Of a stretch of 64,000 bases of DNA, positions 47,605 to 57,092 are shown piece by piece (within the stretch, counting starts at the first letter, position 1; every line of letters begins with the position of its first letter). The stretch is from an uncultured delta proteobacterium (GTDB taxonomy: Bacteria; Bdellovibrionota; FAC87; UBA2466): positions 128,001 through 192,000 of the forward strand of contig CAVZSV010000005.1 in the NCBI GenBank assembly GCA_963778115.1. The letters are read 5' to 3'. Under the pieces are notes generated by a model. It saw only the letters and a list, made by a program, of their open reading frames with translations, was not told the origin of the DNA and made no database searches. The translations under genes were made by a program, and so were the position numbers.

Positions 47605-49011
47605 ATGTGGGTTTGGAAATCCGTTTTGCCGCTTTTGTTTCTCTCTGCCATCGTTTGGGCTCGTCCCGATTTTGGAACGACAGGAGTCGTTACCACACAG
47701 GTCGGAGGAGCTAACGGGCCCGCAAGAGATAATGCGTACGCAGTAGCACTTCAAGGGGATGGAAAAATCGTTGTAGCCGGAGCTTCCTTTAATGGACGCG
47801 ACAGCGATTTCGCTATCCTTCGCTATTTCCCCAACGGAACGCTAGATCAAACGTTCGGAGATGGAGGAGTATCGCTTTTCGATTCCAAATTAGGCGACGA
47901 TAAGGCATTTGGAATTGCTATACAACCGGACGGAAAAATAGTCGCTGTCGGAAGCGTTTCTAATGGAAGGCGATCAGTATTTGCGGTTTTGCGATTCCTT
48001 CAGGACGGTTCCCTCGATCCCAATTTTGCTCGAGAAGGTGTCTCAGTAACTGATTTTGGCAAGGGCGATGCGATCGCTTACTCGGTGGCGTTTGATTCGC
48101 AGGGGCGGATTGTCGTTGGAGGCTATGCTTCCAATGGCAATGACTTGGATTTTGCCGTTCTACGCCTCGAGCATAATGGCCTTCCCGATTTTTCTTTCGG
48201 CGAAAACGGAAAGGTCGTGACAGGTTTTACTGACGATAGAGATCGCGGATCTGACGAGCACGGTTATTCCATTTTAGTCCAACGCGATGACAAGATAGTA
48301 TTGTCCGGATATTCCGAGATGGACGGAAAATCGGTATTCGTAACGCTTCGCTATACTTCGTTGGGTTTGCTAGACAAAAGTTTTGGAGTCAACGGCAGTG
48401 TCGTAGCACAAATGGGATCTAACGATAGGGCTTATACTTCAGCACTTCAGCCGGATGGCAAGATTGTGGTGGGCGGAAGTTCGCTGCAAGGGGGGGGCAC
48501 TAAATTCGCTCTCGTCCGCTATCTGCCTAACGGAATTGTCGATCCCGAATTTGGACAAAGTGGCGTAGTCACGACGACCGTGAGTGGCGGGAATGATTCG
48601 ATCTACGGCATTGCCTTGCTCCATGATGGTCGAATCATTGCCGGAGGAGCCTCTACTCGGGGCTTGCAGCAAGACTTTAGCGTAGTTCGCTATTGGGGTG
48701 ATGGTAGCATGGATCAAAGTTTTGGAGGTGGCGGAATTTCAACTCGCCAGTTCAACAGTAAGTTTGCCGCCGTTTACGGCATCGCTCTTACCCCCGACAA
48801 TAAGGTGATAGCCGCGGGCTTCTCTATCGATAGCGGTGACTATAATGTGGCGTTGGCGAAGTATCGGTTCGATGGGCTTATCGATAAGAGGTTTGGCTCC
48901 GATGGAAACTCCCATCAGATCGCGCGCGGAGCGTATCGGACGCCTATTACAGCCGAAATTGGACTTCCTCAGACGATCTTTCGATCGCTGCTTTCCAATC
49001 CCGAACAATAG
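47605..49011 (+). CDS. Secreted delta-60 repeat (beta-propeller) protein
   Basis: About seven repeats of A..vAlQ.DGKIVVaG......dFavlRy..nG.LD..FG..G. Confidence 0.9.
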   Translation: MWVWKSVLPLLFLSAIVWARPDFGTTGVVTTQVGGANGPARDNAYAVALQGDGKIVVAGASFNGRDSDFAILRYFPNGTLDQTFGDGGVSLFDSKLGDDKAFGIAIQPDGKIVAVGSVSNGRRSVFAVLRFLQDGSLDPNFAREGVSVTDFGKGDAIAYSVAFDSQGRIVVGGYASNGNDLDFAVLRLEHNGLPDFSFGENGKVVTGFTDDRDRGSDEHGYSILVQRDDKIVLSGYSEMDGKSVFVTLRYTSLGLLDKSFGVNGSVVAQMGSNDRAYTSALQPDGKIVVGGSSLQGGGTKFALVRYLPNGIVDPEFGQSGVVTTTVSGGNDSIYGIALLHDGRIIAGGASTRGLQQDFSVVRYWGDGSMDQSFGGGGISTRQFNSKFAAVYGIALTPDNKVIAAGFSIDSGDYNVALAKYRFDGLIDKRFGSDGNSHQIARGAYRTPITAEIGLPQTIFRSLLSNPEQ

Positions 49012-49114
49012 GAAATTCAGATCCTTGCGTACTCGAACGCCAAAGGACCGCGAGCCCCCCAACCCAACATTCCGAAAAAAAATGCGTCGGATAAATTGTT
49101 ATTGGTACGCATTA

Positions 49115-50128
49115 CTACTCTCTGGCGTCGAAGGCGCTACGTACCGCTTCGCCGATAAAGTTAAGCAGTAACAGGCTTCCAAACAGTGACAAAAAGGGAA
49201 ACAGAACGAGCCACCAGCTCGAGAGGTTTTCTTTGCCTTGCCGTAAGAGCTCGCCCCAACTTGCCGTGGGAGGAGGAAGACCCAACCCTAAGTAGTCGAG
49301 TGCCGCTAAACTACCGATGCTGGCTGAGATAATAAACGGAGAGAATGTGATGATGGGAGTCAGCGTATTGGGAAGGATATGTCGGAAAAGAATCCGGGGA
49401 GTACTTGCCCCCATCGCGGATGCGGCCACCACAAAATCAATTCGCCTAACACGCAACACTTCGACACGGACGTAACTTGCTAGTCCTATCCAGCTGAAAG
49501 CCACCCAGACTAAAGTCAAAAGCCAAAGGCTAGGAGGAAAAATACTTATCAAAAAGATGATGACGTAAAGCACGGGAAGCGCACTCCAGATCTCAATCGC
49601 TCTTTGTCCAAAGAAGTCTACTTTTCCGCCCAAAAATCCTTGGATAGCTCCGGTTAGATAGGCAAAGGCCACGACAAAAACCCAACTCACCAAAGCAAAA
49701 AGCATGGAGTTACGAAACCCGTAAATGAGACGGGTCAGAAGATCTCTTCCCGTGTCGTCGGTTCCCAGAAGATTCATCCGATTGGGTTTTCGAGGGGGCG
49801 GATCCGCTGCTTGTGTACTTTCGTTGGAAGAGTAGGGGACAAGCGGCATCACCATCCAGTTTCCAGGCTTCTGGAACGCTTCCGATTTCCTGAGCTCTTT
49901 ATAATCGGGCTCCGTGGGTTGATCGATGCCGAATTGAGTTCCCGGATAAAATTTGAAGAGCGGATAATAGGTATGCCCTTCAAAGTGCATGATATAGGGG
50001 CGATTGTTACAGATCCCTTCCGAAAAAAGGCTTAGCGTGAAAAGAACAGTCAAAATAATAAAGGACCAAAATCCCCGACGATTACGCTTAAAACGGGATA
50101 ACTGTTTTGCTAAAAGGGGGTCGATCAT
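49115..50128 (-). CDS. yejE: Peptide ABC transporter permease (YejE/OppC-like)
   Basis: RFKRNRRGFWS, LLGTDD.GRD..RLIYGFR, RHILPN, LDYLGLGLP...SWGELL.QGK. Confidence 0.88.
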   Translation of the reverse strand: MIDPLLAKQLSRFKRNRRGFWSFIILTVLFTLSLFSEGICNNRPYIMHFEGHTYYPLFKFYPGTQFGIDQPTEPDYKELRKSEAFQKPGNWMVMPLVPYSSNESTQAADPPPRKPNRMNLLGTDDTGRDLLTRLIYGFRNSMLFALVSWVFVVAFAYLTGAIQGFLGGKVDFFGQRAIEIWSALPVLYVIIFLISIFPPSLWLLTLVWVAFSWIGLASYVRVEVLRVRRIDFVVAASAMGASTPRILFRHILPNTLTPIITFSPFIISASIGSLAALDYLGLGLPPPTASWGELLRQGKENLSSWWLVLFPFLSLFGSLLLLNFIGEAVRSAFDARE

Positions 50129-51144
50129 CGAAAGTCGATCCTCGGATCAATAATAATGTATAGGAAATCAGAGATAACATTTCCGACGATGGTAAGAACA
50201 CTTAAGATCATGATATCGGCAAGGACCACCGGATAATCGCGATGGCCGATGGCTTCGTAGCTCAGTCGGCCAATGCCTTGAAGACCGAAAATGGTTTCAA
50301 TAAGCAGACTTCCCGCAAAAAAGAGGCCGATCCATTGTCCGACACCGTTGGCAATCGGTAGTATCGCGTTTCTAAGCGCGTGGCGGCCAATCACAAGCCT
50401 CTCTGGCAGTCCTTTTGCTCTAGCTGTCGTGACATAATCTTGGCGAAGTTGCTCGATAAGCGAATTCTTCATCAGCATCGTAAGGGTGGCGAAGCTACCG
50501 ATGGTATAGCAGGTTAGCGGAAGAAACATGTGCCACGAATAGTCTTTAATCTTGCTCCAGAAGGTGAGATCCGAAAAATTGTCCGATACCAGTCCTTGGA
50601 TGGGAAAGACGTTCCAAAAACTTCCTCCGCCAAAAAGCACAATAAGAAGAATTCCAAAAGCGAAGGATGGAATGGAGTAGAGAAAAAAGACAAGCCCTGA
50701 GGTAAATACGTCAAAGTGGCTATCATGACGAACCGCTTTCCAGATCCCTAGGGGGATGCAGATGATATAGGTGGCAATCAAACTAAAAAGTCCAAAGCTT
50801 AGAGAGACGGGTAAACGCGACACGATAAGATCTGAAACCGGTTGATCATAATAGTAGGAGTCTCCGAAGTTTCCGACCAGAAGCTTACCCATCCAATGAA
50901 TATAACGAACCGGAATGGGCTTATCGAATCCGTAGTAGGCAATCAGAGCCTGTTTCTGCTCTTCCGTCACCTGGGAGACGTGGCCCGAACCCGCCTCTCC
51001 GCCGACGCTTGAGTTTCTCCACTGAGCGAGCTGCATTTCGACGGGGCCGCCCGGTGTCAGCTGTACTAGGAAAAAACAGAGCAAACTAATGCCTATCAGT
51101 GTAGGAACGGAAAACAGGATCCGTTTGAGAAAGTACAGAGCCAT
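50125..51144 (-). CDS. yejB: Peptide ABC transporter permease (YejB/OppB-like)
   Basis: PGGPVE, YYGFDKP, LPVSLS.G, PLGIWKAVR..S.FD, MKNS...Q...YV.TARAKG, RDYPV. Confidence 0.9.
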   Translation of the reverse strand: MALYFLKRILFSVPTLIGISLLCFFLVQLTPGGPVEMQLAQWRNSSVGGEAGSGHVSQVTEEQKQALIAYYGFDKPIPVRYIHWMGKLLVGNFGDSYYYDQPVSDLIVSRLPVSLSFGLFSLIATYIICIPLGIWKAVRHDSHFDVFTSGLVFFLYSIPSFAFGILLIVLFGGGSFWNVFPIQGLVSDNFSDLTFWSKIKDYSWHMFLPLTCYTIGSFATLTMLMKNSLIEQLRQDYVTTARAKGLPERLVIGRHALRNAILPIANGVGQWIGLFFAGSLLIETIFGLQGIGRLSYEAIGHRDYPVVLADIMILSVLTIVGNVISDFLYIIIDPRIDFR

Positions 51145-51152
51145 GGGGTGTT

Positions 51153-52855
51153 TTAGGGAAGTGAGGTTCCTTTTGCCATAGCTTGTTTAAGCTTTGAGTC
51201 TTTTTGCGGATCATCCACCAGGAGTTAAAGGCATTTTTCCAGGTGGAATAGTTAAAGTATCCCTTTCCTGGAAAGGAATACCGGTTCCAATACCCTAAGC
51301 GAAAGAAGGTCGCTTCATAGGAAAAACTCATAGGCTGGTCAGCACCCAAAAGCGCATCGATTCTTTGAACCAAGGGGATTCTCTTTTTCTTATCAAAGGT
51401 GCTGTCGATTTCAGTCGCTAGTTTGTCGAGTTCCGGATTCTTGTATCCCGCGGTATTAGCACTTCCTTTGATGTCGGCGGCAGTAGAACCCCACACGACG
51501 GCGAAGTCCGCGGGATCGACATCGCGGCTGCGGGCTTGCATCACGGCGTCGAATTGTCGGTCATCGGTGAGCTTGATGGCGGTGGCCCAATCCAGTTGCC
51601 TAATATTAAGCTTAATGCCGACCTTCTTTAGCTCCTCTTGATACAGGGTCAATTGGTTTTGGAGGGAAGGGTTATCAATAAGGACATCGAACTCAAATCT
51701 CTGTCCGTCTTTCACCAAGATACCGTCGGAACCGACCTTGCTCCAGCCGGCCTCTTTTAGGAGTTCTCGGGCCTTTTTCGGATCGAAAGGTAAAGGGTTG
51801 TTCTTGGGCGAATGGTAGACCGAATTAAAAGCGACGGGCCCCGTGGCTCTCTGGTAATTGCCGTAGAAAAGTTCCTTAATCCAGCGCTCGCGATCCATTA
51901 GTTCTGTTAGCGCAATGCGAACTCGCTTGTCTTGAAAAAGAGGCTTTCTCAGATTCCAAACGATTCCCTGAGTGCCGTACTGAGTATCGTTTTCCACTCT
52001 AAGCTTTTTGATATAGTTTTTCTGATAAAGGGGCCCGCTGGTTTCGGTGGACCACATTTTAGACGAGAGAAAGTAAAAATAGTCGAGTTCGCCTTTTTTA
52101 AAAAGTTCGTACTGGACGTTGTAGTCGGGAACGACTCGGTAAACGAGTCTCTCGAAATTATTCATGCCGCGATTTTCCGGCCGATTGATGGCCCAGTAAT
52201 TGGGGTCCCGCTTGAGCACAATTTTTTGCCCCTGAACAAGGGAGTCCAAGACATAGGGGCCGGATCCCAAAATCTTGGTGTGAAAAGCTCTATTAAAATC
52301 GCCCTGAGAATAGAAGTGTTTCGGCAAGATCATAAGACTAGCGACCTTCTCGAAATTTTTAAAGTGAAGCGTTTTGGCTTTGAACTCCACTGTTCTATTG
52401 TCGACTACTTTACAGGATTCAAATGATTCATAGAGGGCTTGTAAGGGGGCGGTCTTATTTTTCTTATCTAAAATAGTATCCCAAGTGAACTTGACGTCTT
52501 GGGCAGTAACCGGCTTCCCATCGGAAAAGTGGGCTTCTTTGTCGAGGACAAAAGTAAAAGTCATTTTATCTTTGGAAATTTTCCATTCAGAAGCAAGTCC
52601 CGGCACAAATTCGTATGTCTGGGGATCTTGATTGAGCAGCGACTCCATGATTTGTCCGTTAATGCCATCGGAAGGCTCGTCGAAGCCCAAATAAAAGAGA
52701 AGGTCTTTGGGATAATCGGGGTAACCTATCGTGAAAGTCCCCCCTTTAATGGCATTGGGGCTACCGTAACTTTTGGCGGTTGCGGCGCAAAGTTTTGCAG
52801 AACTGATAAGCAGAGTTAGAGCGAAAAGGGTTGAGAGAGCACGAAGAGTTTTCAT
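51153..52855 (-). CDS. yejA: Peptide ABC transporter substrate-binding protein (family 5, YejA-like) with an apparent 1-nt frameshift near the 3' end
   Basis: NAIKGG, PGLASEW, FSDGKPVTA.DV.FT, GSGPY, F.D.RVR.AL. After WW at about 51214 the shifted frame reads DPQKDSKLKQAMAKGTSLP and stops at 51153; as given, the ORF runs to 51086. Confidence 0.85.
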
Positions 52856-52886
52856 AGAAGAAGTATAGCTCGCTTCACGGCCCGTG

Positions 52887-53297
52887 TCATGAAACAAGCT
52901 TTAGCACGGAGTCCCGAATGACGGCGTGATAGTCAAGAATTTGGAGTAGTTTTGAAACATCGACCCATTGCACTCCTAGAACAATAGAGGAACGCTCAGC
53001 GAGAACCGGCTCAACCGATAAAAGCTCTGCCCTATAAAAATGAGTCAAGCAGGGGTAGTTTTTCCCGGCCCATAGGAATTCGTACTGGGCGGTCAGTTCA
53101 GAGGCGACAAGGATCGAAACCTCGTAACCGGTCTCCTCCTTAGTTTCTCTGACTGCCGCTTGGATAGGAGTCTCTCCCGCTTCGACCATGCCTCCGGGTG
53201 GAAAAAGATAGATCTTTCCCGAAACCGGATCTCGCATCTTTACCACGAGTAGTTTATTGGAGCGGACGACTACCGTGGTGGCTCGGGTTCTAGTCAT
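52887..53297 (-). CDS. NUDIX hydrolase
   Basis: Nudix box PGGMVEAGETPIQAAVRETKEETG. Confidence 0.92.
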   Translation of the reverse strand: MTRTRATTVVVRSNKLLVVKMRDPVSGKIYLFPPGGMVEAGETPIQAAVRETKEETGYEVSILVASELTAQYEFLWAGKNYPCLTHFYRAELLSVEPVLAERSSIVLGVQWVDVSKLLQILDYHAVIRDSVLKLVS

Positions 53298-53298
53298 T

Positions 53299-53901
53299 CT
53301 AGAAGCCAACCCCGATCGTTCCCGTTCCTTCCCCCACGGCTTGGTAAGCGGCTCCCAGAAGTTGATGAAACGAAACGCCTCCCTCAGCGCCTAGGAAAGC
53401 AACTTCGTTTACCGTCCAGCGGGCGCCCAATTTACCAGTCAAAACCTGAGTCGGGGCTGAAGCTGCGACGTCAATAAGGGCTTTGCCTCCGATATAGATT
53501 TCGAAATGGTCGTTAAATCTCCGGCCAATCGTGAGGTTGGGGGCAATCACAAATCTGTCGGACCAGTCTCTGTTATTTAGCAGATCGATCCGAAAAATGT
53601 CGGCCACACCGGTTTGCACTCCCACGGCAAGGGCGATTCCATGGCGTTCCGATCGCAAGATACCAAGCCTAGCCCCGATCAAAGCCGTGTAGACCTCCCA
53701 TTGGACTCCGGCCTCAAGCCAAGAAGTTAGGCCGACATCGGCTTTAAGCACCGGCAATAGCTCGGGAATGGTACTTATGGCGGCCCCCGCCTGAATTTCA
53801 ACTCGTCCCTGAGGCAGATTATCGGCGGGACGCAGCACGGAATAGGTTCCACACCGACAGAGCAATAAAAGCAAAGAAAGAAGAGCGATTCGCGCAGGCA
53901 T
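53299..53901 (-). CDS. Putative lipidated outer-membrane beta-barrel protein
   Basis: Hydrophobic leader with Cys (LCRC), amphipathic strands, terminal GVGF. Confidence 0.6.
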   Translation of the reverse strand: MPARIALLSLLLLLCRCGTYSVLRPADNLPQGRVEIQAGAAISTIPELLPVLKADVGLTSWLEAGVQWEVYTALIGARLGILRSERHGIALAVGVQTGVADIFRIDLLNNRDWSDRFVIAPNLTIGRRFNDHFEIYIGGKALIDVAASAPTQVLTGKLGARWTVNEVAFLGAEGGVSFHQLLGAAYQAVGEGTGTIGVGF

Positions 53902-54075
53902 GACGCGTTAAACCATTCTGAGGGAGTAAAATCAAGGGGGCGAGTTGACTTAGCACTAGGCCGAATTTCGGACGCCTATGGGTAGCGATTCAAGCCCCAC
54001 ACGGGCTACTCCCGCACGAATTTGCGACTCGGATCTTGCACGGTTGGCGAGCCCATAGCAACGCGGAGGTGAGTT

Positions 54076-54315
54076 ATGACCGGTCGATTTTGTCATCTTA
54101 AAACACAGACCATATTGGCTCTTATCGAACACCAAGGGCTAAAACTCTGGTGGGTCGCCGAGTTTAGCGGCATTCATAGGACGACATTACGGCGCTGGCT
54201 TTCGGGTAAATTTACGGCGATCGATGTGGCGCGGGCTCGTCGACTCGCCGCAACACTTAACACGCGGCTAGACGAAATAATTTGGTGTCATAACGGTGTC
54301 GCCCCAAAGGCTTGA
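54076..54315 (+). CDS. XRE-family helix-turn-helix protein
   Basis: GGAGGT RBS; GLK.WWVAE.SGIHRTTLRRWLSGK......A.RLA..L....DEI. Confidence 0.75.
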   Translation: MTGRFCHLKTQTILALIEHQGLKLWWVAEFSGIHRTTLRRWLSGKFTAIDVARARRLAATLNTRLDEIIWCHNGVAPKA

Positions 54316-54410
54316 TGGCAAACCGTTAACGCGGTTGGGCTTGCTACAAGGGGGCTCGGTCCCTAAGTGTAGAAGCATCAGGTCATTAGCTCATTTGGGG
54401 AGGGGATTAA

Positions 54411-55037
54411 ATGAACAAAATGCGTCTACTACCCGCGGTTTTCGCGGGCTTTATGGGTCTATTTTCTGTTACCGGCTATGCTTTCCATGCATCCGATTTT
54501 CAGTGGGATCGTTTCTCCGATGATTTCGTCATGGACAAAGATACTTTCCACGGAGATTGGAAAAATTCCGAAACGTGGAAAGGACTCATTTGCAATGGCA
54601 AGTTCGATGCGACGGCAACACTTAAAGGTAGGGTAGGAGATGTGGATTTTAAGTTGAACGAAGACGAGTCGCTCAGTGCGACGGCCGATTTGAGAGACAT
54701 TGTGGCAGACCTTTCAGGCGATTACCGTTCGGAAATTTCGGCCTGTCTGGCTTTACCTTTCGAGCATGAAATTTCAGTCGATCGTATCGATGTCGCGGCT
54801 CATGTGACCTTTACCGATAAGGGGGCCAATGTGCCACCCGATCTGCACATTCAAGTATTAAGTACGACACTAGGAAAAGTGACCTACGCCCAATGGTTGC
54901 CGGCGTGGTTCCAAGATTTCATGACCAATAAGCTTAACGAAGGACTTAAGCTAGTATGGTCAACCTCGTTGGGAGAGCGGATCAACGATTATATTTCTGA
55001 GCAGATCGCAAAATCCATACCGCATAAAATAAAATAG
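54411..55037 (+). CDS. Secreted hypothetical protein
   Basis: GGAGG RBS, signal peptide (..GYA), long beta strands followed by a C-terminal helix, two Cys. Confidence 0.7.
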   Translation: MNKMRLLPAVFAGFMGLFSVTGYAFHASDFQWDRFSDDFVMDKDTFHGDWKNSETWKGLICNGKFDATATLKGRVGDVDFKLNEDESLSATADLRDIVADLSGDYRSEISACLALPFEHEISVDRIDVAAHVTFTDKGANVPPDLHIQVLSTTLGKVTYAQWLPAWFQDFMTNKLNEGLKLVWSTSLGERINDYISEQIAKSIPHKIK

Positions 55038-55060
55038 CGCGATAGGGGCTATCTACTACG

Positions 55061-55543
55061 ATGAAAACAAGTATCGGGGCTAAATTTAAACTCACTTCGA
55101 TTGGCCTTGCCGCCATTGCCGTTGTGATAGGCAGCTCGTGGGCGATTTATACTCTGATACGGGTTCAACATTTCACACAAAATCGGGAGCCGGCGGCCAT
55201 AAAAGAAGCGCCGGCTCCCGTAGTGGTGGCCCCTTTCGAATTTAGTTACGAACTAACCAACCTCTCGATGCAGGTTACGGATGAGACAGGCCGCCATTCG
55301 GGGTATGTTCAATTTTCAATGACCCTTGAAATGCCGAATGCCGAAGCAAAGCACTGGATGGAATTGAACCGCGCCAAACTCATTTCGATAGTAATCGATG
55401 CGGGAAACCATTTCTCCATCGATGACTTAAAGCATGCAGAGGGGATGGACCGTTTTAAAAAGAGAATTGCTCGCGTGTATTCTGAAGAATTCAAAGCTTA
55501 CGCCCCCAAGAGTCTTACCATTCAAGATTGGGTAATGAATTAA
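55061..55543 (+). CDS. Divergent FliL-like protein
   Basis: Single N-terminal TM, then L.NL......YVQF...LE, SI.DL....G...FK..I and terminal IQDWVMN, which match the FliL layout. Confidence 0.7.
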   Translation: MKTSIGAKFKLTSIGLAAIAVVIGSSWAIYTLIRVQHFTQNREPAAIKEAPAPVVVAPFEFSYELTNLSMQVTDETGRHSGYVQFSMTLEMPNAEAKHWMELNRAKLISIVIDAGNHFSIDDLKHAEGMDRFKKRIARVYSEEFKAYAPKSLTIQDWVMN

Positions 55544-55744
55544 ATTTCGTCGTGGACAACGCCTCGTGTATTCCGCCTGATCCCACTTCGTTCGACAAAA
55601 ATTGTCATTCCTAATGTCTGCGGTCCAGACGGGCTTTTAAAAAAAACTTAATACTTACTGGGGGTGCGCAATGTGGCACGCGTTGCATTGTTATTACATA
55701 GGTCTTCGGACCCAGAACGACAAGTTGGAAGGAATTTGGTCTTT

Positions 55745-56131
55745 ATGCGCAAGTGGATGTCGCTCGCAGTCGGCTGTTTGCTGTTGATGTTTGCCGCTTG
55801 TGGGAAAAATGATGGATTTAGCTCTGTGCCAAACGGCTATTCGGGATATGGCTATAGCCAACCTCCGACGAATTTGCCGTTACCTCCACAGAACTATCCT
55901 CCGCCCTATTCAGGAATGCCCCAGCAATTTGGTCCGGCCTATGGGTACTTCGCCCAGCAGCCTCAGTACCTTCCTTACTGGAATAATCTGTGGCAGGGCT
56001 GGCAGAATTATGCCAATCAGGTCAATGTAAACGTCTACGACTGGAATGGTTTCTGGAACGGCTATTGTGCTCAGACGTATCCCGGTTTTTACGACTATCT
56101 CAATATTAATATCTACGAATCGGGCGATTGA
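55745..56131 (+). CDS. Tyr/Pro/Gln/Trp-rich lipoprotein
   Basis: MRKW..FAAC lipobox; W...W..W..YA....Y.W..FW..YC C-terminal domain. Confidence 0.65.
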   Translation: MRKWMSLAVGCLLLMFAACGKNDGFSSVPNGYSGYGYSQPPTNLPLPPQNYPPPYSGMPQQFGPAYGYFAQQPQYLPYWNNLWQGWQNYANQVNVNVYDWNGFWNGYCAQTYPGFYDYLNINIYESGD

Positions 56132-56348
56132 GCCAGGTATGCTCACGCTCAAGTCCAAGTGTTAGGTTGAAGTTCCGGCCTAGGACCGGATTGCTAAGGT
56201 GAAGTTGGACGCTAACCTTCCGTGAACGTGAACTCTCACTTCGTCGTGAGTCCTTTGCGAAGGTCTAGCCCCTGCTTTAGCCCCTCGCGCTAGCTCTATT
56301 ACCTAGACCTAATTCTTCTGCTTCTTCCATGAGTGCCGCACTACTCGA

Positions 56349-56384
56349 CGCCAAAACCATGACGCTTCGTCGGTGACTCTGACG
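56349..56384. promoter_or_regulatory. Tandem candidate flagellar-activator (FleQ/FlrA-like) boxes
   Basis: CGCC-AAAACCAT-GACG and CGTC-GGTGACTCT-GACG lie upstream of the fliL sigma54 promoter. Confidence 0.4.
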
Positions 56385-56424
56385 TAGCCGGTTAAGAAAG
56401 TTCAATGGTTTCGCTACGTGTCCT

Positions 56425-56440
56425 CGGCACCAGGCTTGCA
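56425..56440 (+). promoter_or_regulatory. Sigma54 -24/-12 promoter of the fliL operon
   Basis: CGGCACCAGGCTTGCA (GG-N10-GC), 35 nt before the fliL ATG. Confidence 0.75.
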
Positions 56441-56475
56441 ATCTTCGTGCGTGGTTATCCTCTAAGGGGGCATTC

Positions 56476-57054
56476 ATGGCGGAAGCACAAGCTAAGAAAA
56501 ACAACAAAGACATTCCCGCTGAAGGGGCCGCGGCAATTTCTGCGGCTGCAAAGAAGACCGATGTGTTGGGGCTCGCTATTCTAGCCCTAGTCGGGGTCAA
56601 CGTTCTGGCTTTGGGGGGAATGGGATATTTCATGCAGAAGCTGTGGGTCAGAATGCACGAAGTGCAAGCCATGGCGGCAAAGAAAGCGGTTCCCGCAGCT
56701 TCTACGGACGAACCTTCTAATAGCGTCGGTAAGGAGTTACAGCCGCAGAATTTAGGAGTCCTTTATTCCCTCGATGGATTTCTGGTAAACGTAAATTCCG
56801 ATCAGGGCTCAAAATTTTTACAGGTCCAGTTTGAACTGGAGCTTAGCGATCCCGCCCTTGAAGACGAGGTCTCCCGAAAGAAAGCGGCCATTCGAGATGC
56901 CGTTATCGTTCTTTTAACGAGCCGAAGTTACAAAGAGCTAAAAGCGGCCAACGGCCTCGTCGTGCTGCGAGCCGATATCATGCAGGCTATCAATCATTTG
57001 CTCTCCAGCGGAAAAGTAAAAGACGTTTACTTTACTCAATATCACTTCAATTAA
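56476..57054 (+). CDS. fliL: Flagellar basal-body protein FliL
   Basis: TM helix, LDGFLVN, FLQV..EL, IRDAVI.LL, G.VKDVYFT; first gene of the operon. Confidence 0.92.
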   Translation: MAEAQAKKNNKDIPAEGAAAISAAAKKTDVLGLAILALVGVNVLALGGMGYFMQKLWVRMHEVQAMAAKKAVPAASTDEPSNSVGKELQPQNLGVLYSLDGFLVNVNSDQGSKFLQVQFELELSDPALEDEVSRKKAAIRDAVIVLLTSRSYKELKAANGLVVLRADIMQAINHLLSSGKVKDVYFTQYHFN

Positions 57055-57092
57055 GCGTTCCAACCCATTGATTCCAGACTGAGGTAAGAAAA

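Noticed and set aside
47605..49011. Periodic DNA similarity that could suggest a CRISPR array or tandem repeat
   Set aside because: The repeats are degenerate, in frame and explained by delta-60 protein repeats; there are no identical repeats with unique spacers.
54045..54060. TGGCGAGCCCATAGCA with GG-N10-GC spacing
   Set aside because: It lacks TTGC, and the implied start site would fall within the RBS of the XRE gene.
54315..54400. GGCAAACC motif reminiscent of a c-di-GMP-I riboswitch (also at about 861)
   Set aside because: No GNRA-capped P2 followed by GACGCAAAGC, and no P3 stem.
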